The translations under genes and the position numbers were made by a program. A stretch of DNA of 64,000 nt from Clostridium sp. CAG:793 (GTDB lineage Bacteria; Bacillota; Clostridia; TANB77; CAG-508): assembly GCA_000433915.1 (NCBI GenBank), contig HF993639.1, positions 61,633 through 125,632 of the forward strand, read 5' to 3'. Shown in pieces: positions 20,350 through 30,418 of this stretch (the stretch's first letter is position 1; each line of letters starts with the position of its first letter). Below the pieces are notes generated by a model, which had not been told where the DNA came from, did no database searches, and worked only from the letters and a program-made list of their open reading frames with translations.

Positions 20350-22269
20350 ATGGGTCTTACTAATTCTTCTACTGGTTATAAACTTACTGAGGCAGTTGAT
20401 TTTTCTTCTGGATGTGATTACAAGATTACTCTTGCTGGCAATCCTAATACTGGTAAATCTACTATTTTCAATAGTCTTACTGGCATGCATCAACATACAG
20501 GAAATTGGACTGGCAAAACTGTTGAAAATGCTGCTGGTATATATAATTATAAAAATAAAAAGTTTTTGTTAGTTGATATTCCTGGTACTTATTCACTTAT
20601 GACTGATTCTGAGGAAGAGAAAATTGCTAGAGATTATATTTCTTCTAAGATTGCTGATGTTACAGTTATTATTGTAGATGCGACTAGGCTTGAACGTAAT
20701 CTTAATCTAGTTTATCAAATTCTTAGTTTAACTGATAATGTTATCGTTTGTGTAAACCTTTTGGATGAAGCTAAGTCCAAAGGAATTAGCATTAACCTTG
20801 AACTACTTTCTCAAGAACTTGGAGTTCCTGTTGTTGGCACTATTGCTAAAAAGAAAAAAACTTTGATTAATTTGCAGAAAACAATTTATAATGTTTGTAG
20901 TGGTAAAATTATTTGCTCTCCTAATAGAGTAGATTTAACAGATAATCAAGATGAAAATATTAAATTAATATTTGACCATGCTCATTCTATTTCTGAAAAA
21001 GTTATTAATTTTAAAGACATTAATTATAATAGTAGAGATAAAAAAATTGATAAAATTCTTACTTCAAAATTATATGGTATTCCTATAATGATGTTATTTT
21101 TTGCACTTATATTCTGGATTACTATTGTTGGAGCTAATTATCCATCTGCATGGCTTTCAAGTTTATTTAATTATCTTGAACCATTTTTCTCCGGATTTCT
21201 TGCATTTATTAGATGTCCTAGCTGGCTTAACCAATTATTGATTAATGGTATTTATAAAACTGTTACATGGATTACAAGTGTTATGCTCCCTCCTATGGCA
21301 ATATTTTTTCCACTGTTTACGCTTTTGGAAGACCTGGGATATTTGCCTCGTATTGCTTTTAATTTGGATAAATGTTTTAAGAAATGTGGTTCTTCTGGAA
21401 AACAGGCTTTAACTATGTGTATGGGATTTGGCTGTAATGCTGCTGGCGTAACTGGTTGTAGAATTATTGCATCTAAGAGAGAAAGGCTTATTGCTATTCT
21501 TACAAATTGTTTTGTTCCTTGTAATGGAAGATTTCCTTTTCTTATTACTATTGCAACTGTATTTTTTAGTGGAACTATTGTAGTGACTAAAGGATCGGTT
21601 ACTAGCAGTCTAGTTTCTACAGCTGTCGTATGCCTTATTATTTTACTAGGTATCACATTTACTTTTGCTATTTCCAAATTACTATCTGTTACTTTGTTAA
21701 AAGGAACTAGTGATGGTGCTATATTAGAACTTCCTCCATATAGAAAACCTCAGATTGGTCAAATCCTTGTTAGCTCTTTACTTGACAGAACATTATTTGT
21801 ATTAGGACGTTCTTTGTGCGTTGCGGCTCCTGCTGGTTTGGTTATATGGATATTATCAAATGTTAATATTGGAAACTTAACTTTGCTTAATTATATTGCT
21901 AATTTTTTTAATCCTTTTGCTAAATTACTTGGATTAGATGGTTACATACTTACTGCATTTTTACTTGGTTTACCTGCAAATGAAATTGTGCTTCCTTTAA
22001 TCTTAATGTGCTATACACGTGCAGGTAGCCTTGTAAGTATTGAAAATATTAGCACTATTCATGATATTCTTATAGCAAATGGCTGGACGGTTATCACTGC
22101 TATAAATGTTATGATATTTTCTTTACTTCATTTTCCATGTGGTACAACATTGCTTACAATAAAAAAAGAAACCGGTAGCTGGAAGTGGACTTTATTATCT
22201 TTTGCTATTCCTACAGTTTGCGGAATTGCCCTATGTATGTTTACTAATTTGCTATATCATATCTTATAA
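20350..22269 (+). CDS. feoB: Ferrous iron transport protein B
   Basis: N-terminal G-domain (GNPNTGKSTIFN, DIPG, and CVNLLD in the NKxD position); polytopic C-terminal Gate domains. The ATG at 20350 follows GGAGG. Confidence 0.88.
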   Translation: MGLTNSSTGYKLTEAVDFSSGCDYKITLAGNPNTGKSTIFNSLTGMHQHTGNWTGKTVENAAGIYNYKNKKFLLVDIPGTYSLMTDSEEEKIARDYISSKIADVTVIIVDATRLERNLNLVYQILSLTDNVIVCVNLLDEAKSKGISINLELLSQELGVPVVGTIAKKKKTLINLQKTIYNVCSGKIICSPNRVDLTDNQDENIKLIFDHAHSISEKVINFKDINYNSRDKKIDKILTSKLYGIPIMMLFFALIFWITIVGANYPSAWLSSLFNYLEPFFSGFLAFIRCPSWLNQLLINGIYKTVTWITSVMLPPMAIFFPLFTLLEDLGYLPRIAFNLDKCFKKCGSSGKQALTMCMGFGCNAAGVTGCRIIASKRERLIAILTNCFVPCNGRFPFLITIATVFFSGTIVVTKGSVTSSLVSTAVVCLIILLGITFTFAISKLLSVTLLKGTSDGAILELPPYRKPQIGQILVSSLLDRTLFVLGRSLCVAAPAGLVIWILSNVNIGNLTLLNYIANFFNPFAKLLGLDGYILTAFLLGLPANEIVLPLILMCYTRAGSLVSIENISTIHDILIANGWTVITAINVMIFSLLHFPCGTTLLTIKKETGSWKWTLLSFAIPTVCGIALCMFTNLLYHIL

Positions 22270-22322
22270 AAAATAGACATTATCTGAAGTTATTTTTATA
22301 GCTTCAAATAATGTCTTATATT

Positions 22323-23639
22323 TTATATTATTTCACCAAATAAGTCATAATCATTTACATTTGTTATCTTGCATTTTGTATATGTATTGATTTCTGCATC
22401 TCCTGTTAGGTATACATATCCATCAATATCTGGTACATCCATATATGTTCTTCCTACAAAATATGTTTTATTATCATCACCAACTATTGCATCTTCTATT
22501 AATACTTCAAATTCTTTCCCTATGAATCTTTGCAAGTTTTCTTTTGATATTTGTTGTTGCAATTTCATTATTTTATTGTATCTGGATTTTTTAGTCATTG
22601 GATGAACTTGATCTGGCATATTAGCTGCTGCTGTTCCTTCTTCTTTTGAATATGTAAAGCATCCTAGTTTATCAAACTTTGCCCATTTCACAAATTCATA
22701 CATTTCATTAAAATCATCATTTGTTTCGCCTGGGAATCCAACCATTAATGTGCTTCTGACTATTACTCCTGGTATTTCTTCTCTAAGTTTTGTTATAAGC
22801 TTCATTGTACTTTCTTTGGTGCTTTTTCTATTCATCTTTTTTAGCATTTTGTCAGATATATGTTGCATTGGTATGTCAAAATATTTGCATATCTTAGGAT
22901 TATTTTTTACTTCTTCTATTAATTCATCTGTAATTGTTTCTGGATATGAATATAAAAATCTAATCCATTTTATTCCTTTTATTAAACTTAGCTTATGTAA
23001 TAATTCTGCAAGTTTTGGCTCTTTATAAATATCTACACCATATTTTGTTGTATCTTGTGCTATTACAATTAGTTCTGTTTTTCCTTCTTTAGCAAGCTTC
23101 TCCGCTTCTTTCAAAATATCTTCTTCACTTCTGCTTTTAAATCTTCCTCTAATGTATGGAATTGCACAAAATGTACAGAAGTTGTTGCATCCATCTGCTA
23201 TTCTGATATATGCAAAGTTTGGTCCTGTTGATGTTATTCTATCCATGTAATCTAGTGTATCTTTGTTTTCTGGCATGTTTTTTAGCTTTTCTGATATCTT
23301 GTCACTTACTTCATTCCAAAATTCATCATATTCGCTGAATTTTATATATAAATCAACTTCAGGCATACTTTTGCTTAATTCTTCTTTGTATCTTTCAACT
23401 AAACATCCTGTTGCTATCAAAAATTTGCATCTATGTTTTTTATATTCTGCCATTTCTAATAGAGTGTTTATTGCTTCTTCTTTTGCTGATTCTATGAAAC
23501 CACATGTATTTACTATTATTATGTCTGCTTCTTTAGGATCTGTTACTATATCATATCCATTTTTTTCAAATAGTCCTACCATCATTTCTGTGTCAACTAA
23601 ATTTTTGCTACATCCTAATGATACAAATCCAACGTTCAT
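22323..23639 (-). CDS. rimO: Ribosomal protein S12 methylthiotransferase (MiaB-like radical SAM)
   Basis: MTTase N-domain MNVGFVSLGCSKN; radical SAM CNNFCTFCAIP; C-terminal TRAM. Confidence 0.85.
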   Translation of the reverse strand: MNVGFVSLGCSKNLVDTEMMVGLFEKNGYDIVTDPKEADIIIVNTCGFIESAKEEAINTLLEMAEYKKHRCKFLIATGCLVERYKEELSKSMPEVDLYIKFSEYDEFWNEVSDKISEKLKNMPENKDTLDYMDRITSTGPNFAYIRIADGCNNFCTFCAIPYIRGRFKSRSEEDILKEAEKLAKEGKTELIVIAQDTTKYGVDIYKEPKLAELLHKLSLIKGIKWIRFLYSYPETITDELIEEVKNNPKICKYFDIPMQHISDKMLKKMNRKSTKESTMKLITKLREEIPGVIVRSTLMVGFPGETNDDFNEMYEFVKWAKFDKLGCFTYSKEEGTAAANMPDQVHPMTKKSRYNKIMKLQQQISKENLQRFIGKEFEVLIEDAIVGDDNKTYFVGRTYMDVPDIDGYVYLTGDAEINTYTKCKITNVNDYDLFGEII

Positions 23640-23652
23640 CTTGTTCTCCTTT

Positions 23653-24840
23653 TTATTTATTGATTGATAGTATTGAGTTTAGTCTGTCTACTCCTCTAAC
23701 TAATTTTTCATATACATTTTTATTTATATTACTTTTGTCTGTTTGATAATCAGATATTTCTTTCTTCATATCTAGTATTTTAAATCTATTTTCTTTTAAT
23801 TTTGTTCCATTGTCTATCATATATACAGGTGTATAATCTATTTTATAGATTGATGCGTTTCCCTCTTTGTCAACAAATATTTGCATATTTAAAATAAGTT
23901 CAAGATTTGAATTTTCTGTTCCAAAGTCTGATGTATAATCACCTAATGAATATGCTACAAAACAATCTTTTCCTTCTTGATTTTTAATTATTTCCATCTT
24001 CTGAACTGCTGATGGATGAGCTCCTATTATAATGTCTGCTCCATTATTTACAAGATATTCTGCTTGTTCTTTTTGTTTGCTACTTATTTCATTAGTATTT
24101 ACATTTCCCCAATGCATCATAACTATACTTACAGCAGCGTTTTCTTTTGCATATTTTAAGTCTTCATATGCTGTTGCTTCATTAAATATGTTTACACCTT
24201 GTTTTCTATTATCATAAGTATAGGCTAGAAATGCTACTTTGACTCCTTTGATTTCTTGTATGTTTACTCTACTTTCTGGATTTTCTCCTGTAATTCCAAC
24301 TGTTTGCATGTATATGCTTTTTAAGTATTCATTTGTGTTATTTAGTCCACTATTTCCATAGTCTAATGCATGGTTATGAGCAAGACTTACAAAGTTTACG
24401 CCACTGTTTTTCACTGACTTTGCAAACTCTTTTGAATTTTCATCAGTTATGTTTGTTTCATATGTACCTATTGTATAATCAGAGTCTTGCAAATATTTCG
24501 AAATATCACTAAAGACATCATTATAATCTTTTCCATAATTTTTTAGATTATTTCCAAGCAATATGTCTCCTACTGCTGAAATTCTTATAATTGTATTAGT
24601 TTTATATTCATTTAAACTGTCTATTTCTTTATTTACATCTTTGTAAATTTCTTCTACTTGTTCATCTATTCTTTGTTTTTCTTGTGCAACTTTCTTTTGT
24701 TCCTGAACATTAACTAATTTCATTATTCCTAAAATTATTATTAAAAATACAATTACTACTAAGCTTATTATTATAGTAGCTTTGTTATTAATTAGTTCAG
24801 CAATATTTCTTCTTCTCGTTCTTGATCTTCTTTTTGACAT
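23653..24840 (-). CDS. CapA/PgsA-family (poly-gamma-glutamate synthesis-like) metallophosphatase, membrane-anchored
   Basis: Arg-rich N-terminus plus a TM anchor; CapA-family core (VGDILLG, LAHNHALDYG). Confidence 0.65.
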   Translation of the reverse strand: MSKRRSRTRRRNIAELINNKATIIISLVVIVFLIIILGIMKLVNVQEQKKVAQEKQRIDEQVEEIYKDVNKEIDSLNEYKTNTIIRISAVGDILLGNNLKNYGKDYNDVFSDISKYLQDSDYTIGTYETNITDENSKEFAKSVKNSGVNFVSLAHNHALDYGNSGLNNTNEYLKSIYMQTVGITGENPESRVNIQEIKGVKVAFLAYTYDNRKQGVNIFNEATAYEDLKYAKENAAVSIVMMHWGNVNTNEISSKQKEQAEYLVNNGADIIIGAHPSAVQKMEIIKNQEGKDCFVAYSLGDYTSDFGTENSNLELILNMQIFVDKEGNASIYKIDYTPVYMIDNGTKLKENRFKILDMKKEISDYQTDKSNINKNVYEKLVRGVDRLNSILSINK

Positions 24841-24856
24841 TTTTTCCTCCGTATTA

Positions 24857-25513
24857 TTAGATTTTTAATTTGTTTATAGTATCTTTATAATCCTTTGAGT
24901 TTATTAAAAATGTTCCAACTACTGCTATATCTGCTCCTGCATTTTTGACTTCTTGTATATTATCTAAATTTATTCCTCCGTCAACTTCTATTTCTGTATC
25001 TAAGTTGTTATCTGTAATATATGATTTTAATTTAGCAATTTTCTTAGTCATGTCTGTAATAAATGTTTGTCCACCTTTTCCTGGTTCTACTGTCATTATC
25101 ATGACATTATGAACTAATGGTATTAAGTCATATATTTCAGTTATATCTGTTTCTGGATTTACAGCGATTCCTACTTTGCAATCTTGTTCTTTTATGTATT
25201 TTATCAGTTGAATTGCTTCTTCTTTATTTTCTGTTGCTTCAATATGAAATGTTATATTTCGTGGCATACATGAAGCAAATTCGTCTACATATTTTTTTAT
25301 GTCTTTTACCATGAGGTGTATATCTAATGGTATATTTGTAATATTTTTTAAACTGTCTGCATATCTTTCCATTAATTCTATGGTATTATTTTTTACAAAA
25401 TTACCGTCCATTACATCTATATGAAAATAATCTGTATGCGCAATTTCTAATCTATAAAATGTTTTTATTGATTCTGCTTCTTTTACATTTAAAATTGATG
25501 TTGCTATTTCCAT
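24857..25513 (-). CDS. rpe: Ribulose-phosphate 3-epimerase
   Basis: TIM-barrel RPE sequence (DVMDGNFV, HLMV, VDGGIN), 218 aa. Confidence 0.88.
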   Translation of the reverse strand: MEIATSILNVKEAESIKTFYRLEIAHTDYFHIDVMDGNFVKNNTIELMERYADSLKNITNIPLDIHLMVKDIKKYVDEFASCMPRNITFHIEATENKEEAIQLIKYIKEQDCKVGIAVNPETDITEIYDLIPLVHNVMIMTVEPGKGGQTFITDMTKKIAKLKSYITDNNLDTEIEVDGGINLDNIQEVKNAGADIAVVGTFLINSKDYKDTINKLKI

Positions 25514-25536
25514 TAATATGTTCTATTCCTTTCTAA

Positions 25537-26421
25537 TTAATATCTTTTTATGCTTTTTATGTCTTCATAAATTTTGCAATAATTATCATATCTTGACCTT
25601 GCAATTTTTCCTTCTTCTACTGCTCTTTGTACTCCACATTCTTTTATGTTTTCATGGATGTGACTACATCCTACATATCTGCATTCTTCTATATATTTTC
25701 TAAATTCTATAAACATCATGTCTAATTCGTTATTGCTAATTTCGTTTAATTCAAATGTTGAAAATCCTGGAGTATCTGCAATATATGTATTTTCTTCTAA
25801 TTCATATAATTTTACTAATGTTGTTGTATTCTTACCTCTTTTACTTTTATGACTTATTTGTCCTTCTTCTGTAATGTTTTTATCAAATAAACTATTTATT
25901 ATTGTTGATTTTCCAACTCCTGAGTTTCCTGAAAATACTGATATCTGATTTTTTAGCTTTTCTCTTAGTTCATCTATTCCTACTAATTGTTTAGCTTTTG
26001 CTTGTATTACTTCATATCCTATTTTTTTATATTTATCTGCTATACTTTCTATTTCATCTTTGTCTGCTATATCACATTTGTTTAATACTATTATTGATTT
26101 TAATCCGTGTATTTCTGCAAATGCTAATTGTTTATCTAGCAATAATAAATCTGGCTTAGGATTGTTCATTGATACTACAAATATTATTTGTGTTATATTT
26201 GCAATTTTAGGTCTTTTTATCCAATTTATTCTAGGCTCTATTTTCTCAATTACAGCTGTTTTTTTATTATCATCTATTATATCAAATTGAACTTTATCTC
26301 CAACAGTAGGTATCATCTCTTTATTTTTAAATTTACCTCTAGCTGTTGCTGTATATATTGATTTGTTTTTGTCAATTATTGAATATAAATTTGCATTATT
26401 TTCTATTATTACTCCGTGCAT
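25537..26421 (-). CDS. rsgA: Ribosome small-subunit-dependent GTPase A
   Basis: Circularly permuted GTPase (GNSGVGKSTIINSL) with a C-terminal Zn-finger (CRYVGCSHIHEN...ECGV). Confidence 0.88.
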   Translation of the reverse strand: MHGVIIENNANLYSIIDKNKSIYTATARGKFKNKEMIPTVGDKVQFDIIDDNKKTAVIEKIEPRINWIKRPKIANITQIIFVVSMNNPKPDLLLLDKQLAFAEIHGLKSIIVLNKCDIADKDEIESIADKYKKIGYEVIQAKAKQLVGIDELREKLKNQISVFSGNSGVGKSTIINSLFDKNITEEGQISHKSKRGKNTTTLVKLYELEENTYIADTPGFSTFELNEISNNELDMMFIEFRKYIEECRYVGCSHIHENIKECGVQRAVEEGKIARSRYDNYCKIYEDIKSIKRY

Positions 26422-26555
26422 TTATCTCTTCCTTAATTTTTTATACATTACTATTATAGCAAAAAATATTACGTTTTACAACTTTTGGCTTAAATTTGAC
26501 ATAAAATATTCCCCCAATATTAAACTGTTTGCCTAACATTGGAGGATAATTTTTA

Positions 26556-28526
26556 TTATTTATCTTTTATATAGTATGTTCCATTATCTTCATAATCATC
26601 TATATTAAATTCATTTGTGATTGCTTTCTTTACTCCGTTTTCTGTAATTTCTACTGCAATTTTTTGTGTTCCTGATCCTGTTACTGTTCCACAATCTACT
26701 TCTTTTCCTATTTCAACAGTTTTTCCATTTACTCTAGTTGAGCCATTTATTTTTACTGTTATTGTTGCATTATTTGAAGTTTCTGTTGTTGTGTTGTCTT
26801 TGCTTGTTGCACTTGTAGAAATCTTTGGTATTATAAATCGTACATTTACTGTTTTTTGTTTTTTCTCGATTTTGTTTACAACTATTTCGATTGTTGTTCC
26901 TTCTGCTACTTCTTTTCCTTGATCGATACTTTGTGAAATTACTTTTCCATCTGTTTTTGTTTCGTCTGATTTATATGTTACATTTACTTTTAGGTTAGCA
27001 TTTGATAGTGTCGCCTTTGCTGTTCCTTCGTCCATATCAATTACTGTTGGAACTTTTGTTTTCTTTACTCCTGTGCTTACATATACTGTTACTGTATCTC
27101 CTGATTTAACCATCACACCTTCTTTTGTATCTTGTCTTATAACATATCCTGTTTCTACTGTGTCACTTGATTGATTCTCTTCTTTTAAAACAATTCCTAT
27201 TTCTTTTGCTGTTTCTCGTACATCTTCTATTGTACTTCCTACAAATCCAGGTAAAGCTATTGTTTCTGGTCCTTTACTTACTACTACTTTTATTGTTGAA
27301 CCTTCTTCTACTTTTTCGCCTTCTTTGTATGGTGGCTCTTGTGAAATTACTTTTCCTGCTTCTACCGTGCTGCTTGCAACTTCTTCTTTCTCTATCTTTA
27401 ATTTTAATGAATTTATTTCATTTTCTGCCACTTCAGCTGTTTTATCAACTAGATTAGGAATATTTACTTTTTTAGTAATTCCACCATCTAATGCAATTTT
27501 TGTTACAAAGAATACTATTACAAATAATAGTACTAAACTTAGTGCAAATATTGCAATCTTAGCTTTTGGGTGTTCTGCAAAGAAATTAGAATCCTTGTTA
27601 TTGCTCTTTCTTGAATCTGTTTCATCTGAAGGCATTGCTTTCATAACTCTTGTATATTCGCCATCTTTGTTTTCGATTATTACAAAATCTCCATCTGGGT
27701 CTTTTAAACTTTGAGTAAGATCTCTAATCATTTCAGTTGCTGATTGATATCTTTCTATCGGGTCCTTTTTCATTGCTTTTATAACAATTTGATTAACTGC
27801 TGTTGGTATCTCTGGATTTATCTCAATAGGTTCTATAGCCTCTTCTTGCATGTGTTTTAATGCTATTGAAACCGGTGTATCTGCATCAAATGGTACTTTT
27901 CCAGTTAGCATTTCATACATTACTACTCCTAAAGAGTAAAGGTCTGATTTTGCATCTGTTATTCCACCTTTGGCTTGCTCTGGTGAAAAATAATGTACTG
28001 ACCCAATTGTTGTTCCAAATGCTGTCATCGTTGAATTTGATACTGCTTTGGCTATTCCAAAGTCAGTTACTTTTGCTACTCCATCTTCTGTTATTATTAT
28101 ATTATGTGGCTTAATATCTCTATGAATTATTCCATTTTTATGTGCAACTTCTAATGCTGATGCTATCTGTATTGCTATATTTACTGCCCATTTCCATGAC
28201 AATGTTCCATCTTTTTTTATTATTTCTTTTAATGTTTTTCCCTTCACAAGTTCCATTACTATGTAGTATAAATTGTTTTCTTCTTCATGTCCTACATCAT
28301 ATATAGATACTATATTGGCATGTGATAGACTAGCTGCTGATTGAGCCTCTGTATTAAATCTTTTTATAAAGTCTGAATCTGTTGTATATTCATCTTTTAG
28401 AACTTTTACAGCTACATATCTATTTAATACATGGTCTTTTGCCTTATATACTGTAGCCATACCACCATTTCCGACTTCTTCTAGGATCTCATATCTATTC
28501 CCTATTATTTTTCCGATTAAATTCAT
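26556..28526 (-). CDS. prkC: Ser/Thr protein kinase with PASTA repeats
   Basis: Hanks kinase motifs (GGMATVYKA, HRDIKPHNIII, DFGIA), a TM segment, then about three PASTA repeats. Confidence 0.9.
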   Translation of the reverse strand: MNLIGKIIGNRYEILEEVGNGGMATVYKAKDHVLNRYVAVKVLKDEYTTDSDFIKRFNTEAQSAASLSHANIVSIYDVGHEEENNLYYIVMELVKGKTLKEIIKKDGTLSWKWAVNIAIQIASALEVAHKNGIIHRDIKPHNIIITEDGVAKVTDFGIAKAVSNSTMTAFGTTIGSVHYFSPEQAKGGITDAKSDLYSLGVVMYEMLTGKVPFDADTPVSIALKHMQEEAIEPIEINPEIPTAVNQIVIKAMKKDPIERYQSATEMIRDLTQSLKDPDGDFVIIENKDGEYTRVMKAMPSDETDSRKSNNKDSNFFAEHPKAKIAIFALSLVLLFVIVFFVTKIALDGGITKKVNIPNLVDKTAEVAENEINSLKLKIEKEEVASSTVEAGKVISQEPPYKEGEKVEEGSTIKVVVSKGPETIALPGFVGSTIEDVRETAKEIGIVLKEENQSSDTVETGYVIRQDTKEGVMVKSGDTVTVYVSTGVKKTKVPTVIDMDEGTAKATLSNANLKVNVTYKSDETKTDGKVISQSIDQGKEVAEGTTIEIVVNKIEKKQKTVNVRFIIPKISTSATSKDNTTTETSNNATITVKINGSTRVNGKTVEIGKEVDCGTVTGSGTQKIAVEITENGVKKAITNEFNIDDYEDNGTYYIKDK

Positions 28527-28540
28527 ATTTTTTAATCTCC

Positions 28541-29269
28541 TTACCTTATGATTATTGCTGTTATATTGTCATTTCCACCATTGTCATTTGCCTCTTGCAC
28601 AAGAAGTTTTGTTGCATCTGTTGGATTTTCTTTTATTATTTGTTTTATTCTTTCTTCTGATACCATGTTTGTAAGTCCATCTGAACACATTAGAATAACA
28701 TCTTCTTTTATAAATCCTTTTATCATTGCATCTGGTTCTATAAATGGTGTACATCCAAGAGCCTTCATAAGCATATTTTTCTTTGGATGTTTTAAACTTT
28801 CTTCTTTTGTAATTTTTCCTTCGTCTATTAATTGTTGAACATAGCTATGGTCTTTCGTTAATTTTCTCATAAAGTCTTTACGAATTCTATATATTCTGCT
28901 ATCTCCAATATGTGAAATAAATGCTTTACTCTGGTATATCAAGCATATATCTAGTGTTGTTCCCATTTTGCTTAGCTCTGGATTTTCTTTGGCTTTTTCG
29001 TATACCACCATGTTTGCATATTGGCTACTGTTCTTTACCAAATCAAGTATTGTGTCTTTGTCACTATTATTTTTTTCAAAATTACTTAGTATATAATTTT
29101 TGGCTGAAGTAACTGCTAATTTACTAGCAACTTCTCCTCCATTATATCCACCCATTCCGTCTGCTAAGATAAATAGTTGTATTTCATCATCTGGATAGCT
29201 TATATAGAAGTAGTCTTCATTAATTTCTCTTGCTTTACCCACATCTGATGTTGCAAAAGCTTTTGACAT
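28541..29269 (-). CDS. stp: PP2C-family Ser/Thr phosphatase
   Basis: ILADGMGGYNGGEVAS metal-binding motif; lies upstream of prkC. Confidence 0.88.
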   Translation of the reverse strand: MSKAFATSDVGKAREINEDYFYISYPDDEIQLFILADGMGGYNGGEVASKLAVTSAKNYILSNFEKNNSDKDTILDLVKNSSQYANMVVYEKAKENPELSKMGTTLDICLIYQSKAFISHIGDSRIYRIRKDFMRKLTKDHSYVQQLIDEGKITKEESLKHPKKNMLMKALGCTPFIEPDAMIKGFIKEDVILMCSDGLTNMVSEERIKQIIKENPTDATKLLVQEANDNGGNDNITAIIIR

Positions 29270-29318
29270 GAATTGTTCCTCCTATTGGCTCTTTTATTTT
29301 TGTTTATTTTGTTAAATT

Positions 29319-30350
29319 TTATTCTTTATTTTTTAAAGATTGTCTTCTTAATTGTCCACAAGCTGCATCTATATCTGAGCCTAATTCTCTACGTATCGTT
29401 GCAACTATTCCATGTGCATTTAAGTAATCTCTAAATTTAATTATATTTTCCATTGAACTTTTTGTGTATTTTCCATTTTCTATTTTATTTATTGGAATTA
29501 GATTTACATGACATAACATTCCATCTAATAATTTTATTAGTTCATCTGCGTCTTTTAAGTTATCATTATTATCTTTTGCTAAAGCATATTCAAAAGATAT
29601 TCTCTTATTTGTTTTGTTTATATAATATTTGCATGCTTTCATTAACTCTTGTATATTATATGCATTATTTACAGGCATCATACTTGAACGTGTTTCATTA
29701 TTTGCACTATGTAATGAAATTGATAATGTGCATTGTACATTTGCATCTGCAAATTCATATATTCTTGGTACTACTCCACTAGTTGATACACTAATATGAC
29801 GTGCACCTATATTTAGTCCTTTGGGATTATTTAATATTTTTATTGCATTTAATACGTTATCATAATTGTCCATTGGCTCTCCAATTCCCATGAATACAAC
29901 ATTGGAAATTTTTGATCCTGTATCTTGTTCTATTGCAATTATTTGTTCTACAATCTCTCCTGATGTTAAACTTCTTATAAAAGGTATTCCGGTTGATGCA
30001 CAGAATTTGCATCCCATTTTACACCCTATTTGTGATGATACGCAAACTGTTTTTCCAAAATGATATTCCATAAGAACTGATTCAATAGCATTTCCATCTG
30101 ACATCCCAAATAAATATTTCTTTGTTCCATCTACGGATTCAAGCTTTTTGACAATTTCAAAGTTACATATATCATATTCAGATTTTAGCTTTTCTCTTAG
30201 GGATAGTGATAAATTAGTCATTTCATCAAAGCTTTTTACTTTGTCTTGGAATAACCATTTAAATATCTGTTCTGCTCTAAATGGCTTTTCCCCTAGTAAT
30301 TTTAGTTCTTCTTTTAGTTCTTCTAGATTGTAGTCTTTTATATTTTTCAT
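29319..30350 (-). CDS. rlmN: 23S rRNA / tRNA m2A methyltransferase (radical SAM)
   Basis: CKMGCKFCAS radical SAM motif; conserved rlmN-stp-prkC-rsgA-rpe order. Confidence 0.88.
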   Translation of the reverse strand: MKNIKDYNLEELKEELKLLGEKPFRAEQIFKWLFQDKVKSFDEMTNLSLSLREKLKSEYDICNFEIVKKLESVDGTKKYLFGMSDGNAIESVLMEYHFGKTVCVSSQIGCKMGCKFCASTGIPFIRSLTSGEIVEQIIAIEQDTGSKISNVVFMGIGEPMDNYDNVLNAIKILNNPKGLNIGARHISVSTSGVVPRIYEFADANVQCTLSISLHSANNETRSSMMPVNNAYNIQELMKACKYYINKTNKRISFEYALAKDNNDNLKDADELIKLLDGMLCHVNLIPINKIENGKYTKSSMENIIKFRDYLNAHGIVATIRRELGSDIDAACGQLRRQSLKNKE

Positions 30351-30418
30351 ACTTTTCTCCTATTAAATTTATATCACAAAGAATATTATAATGCAATATC
30401 TATATAATTACATTTTCA

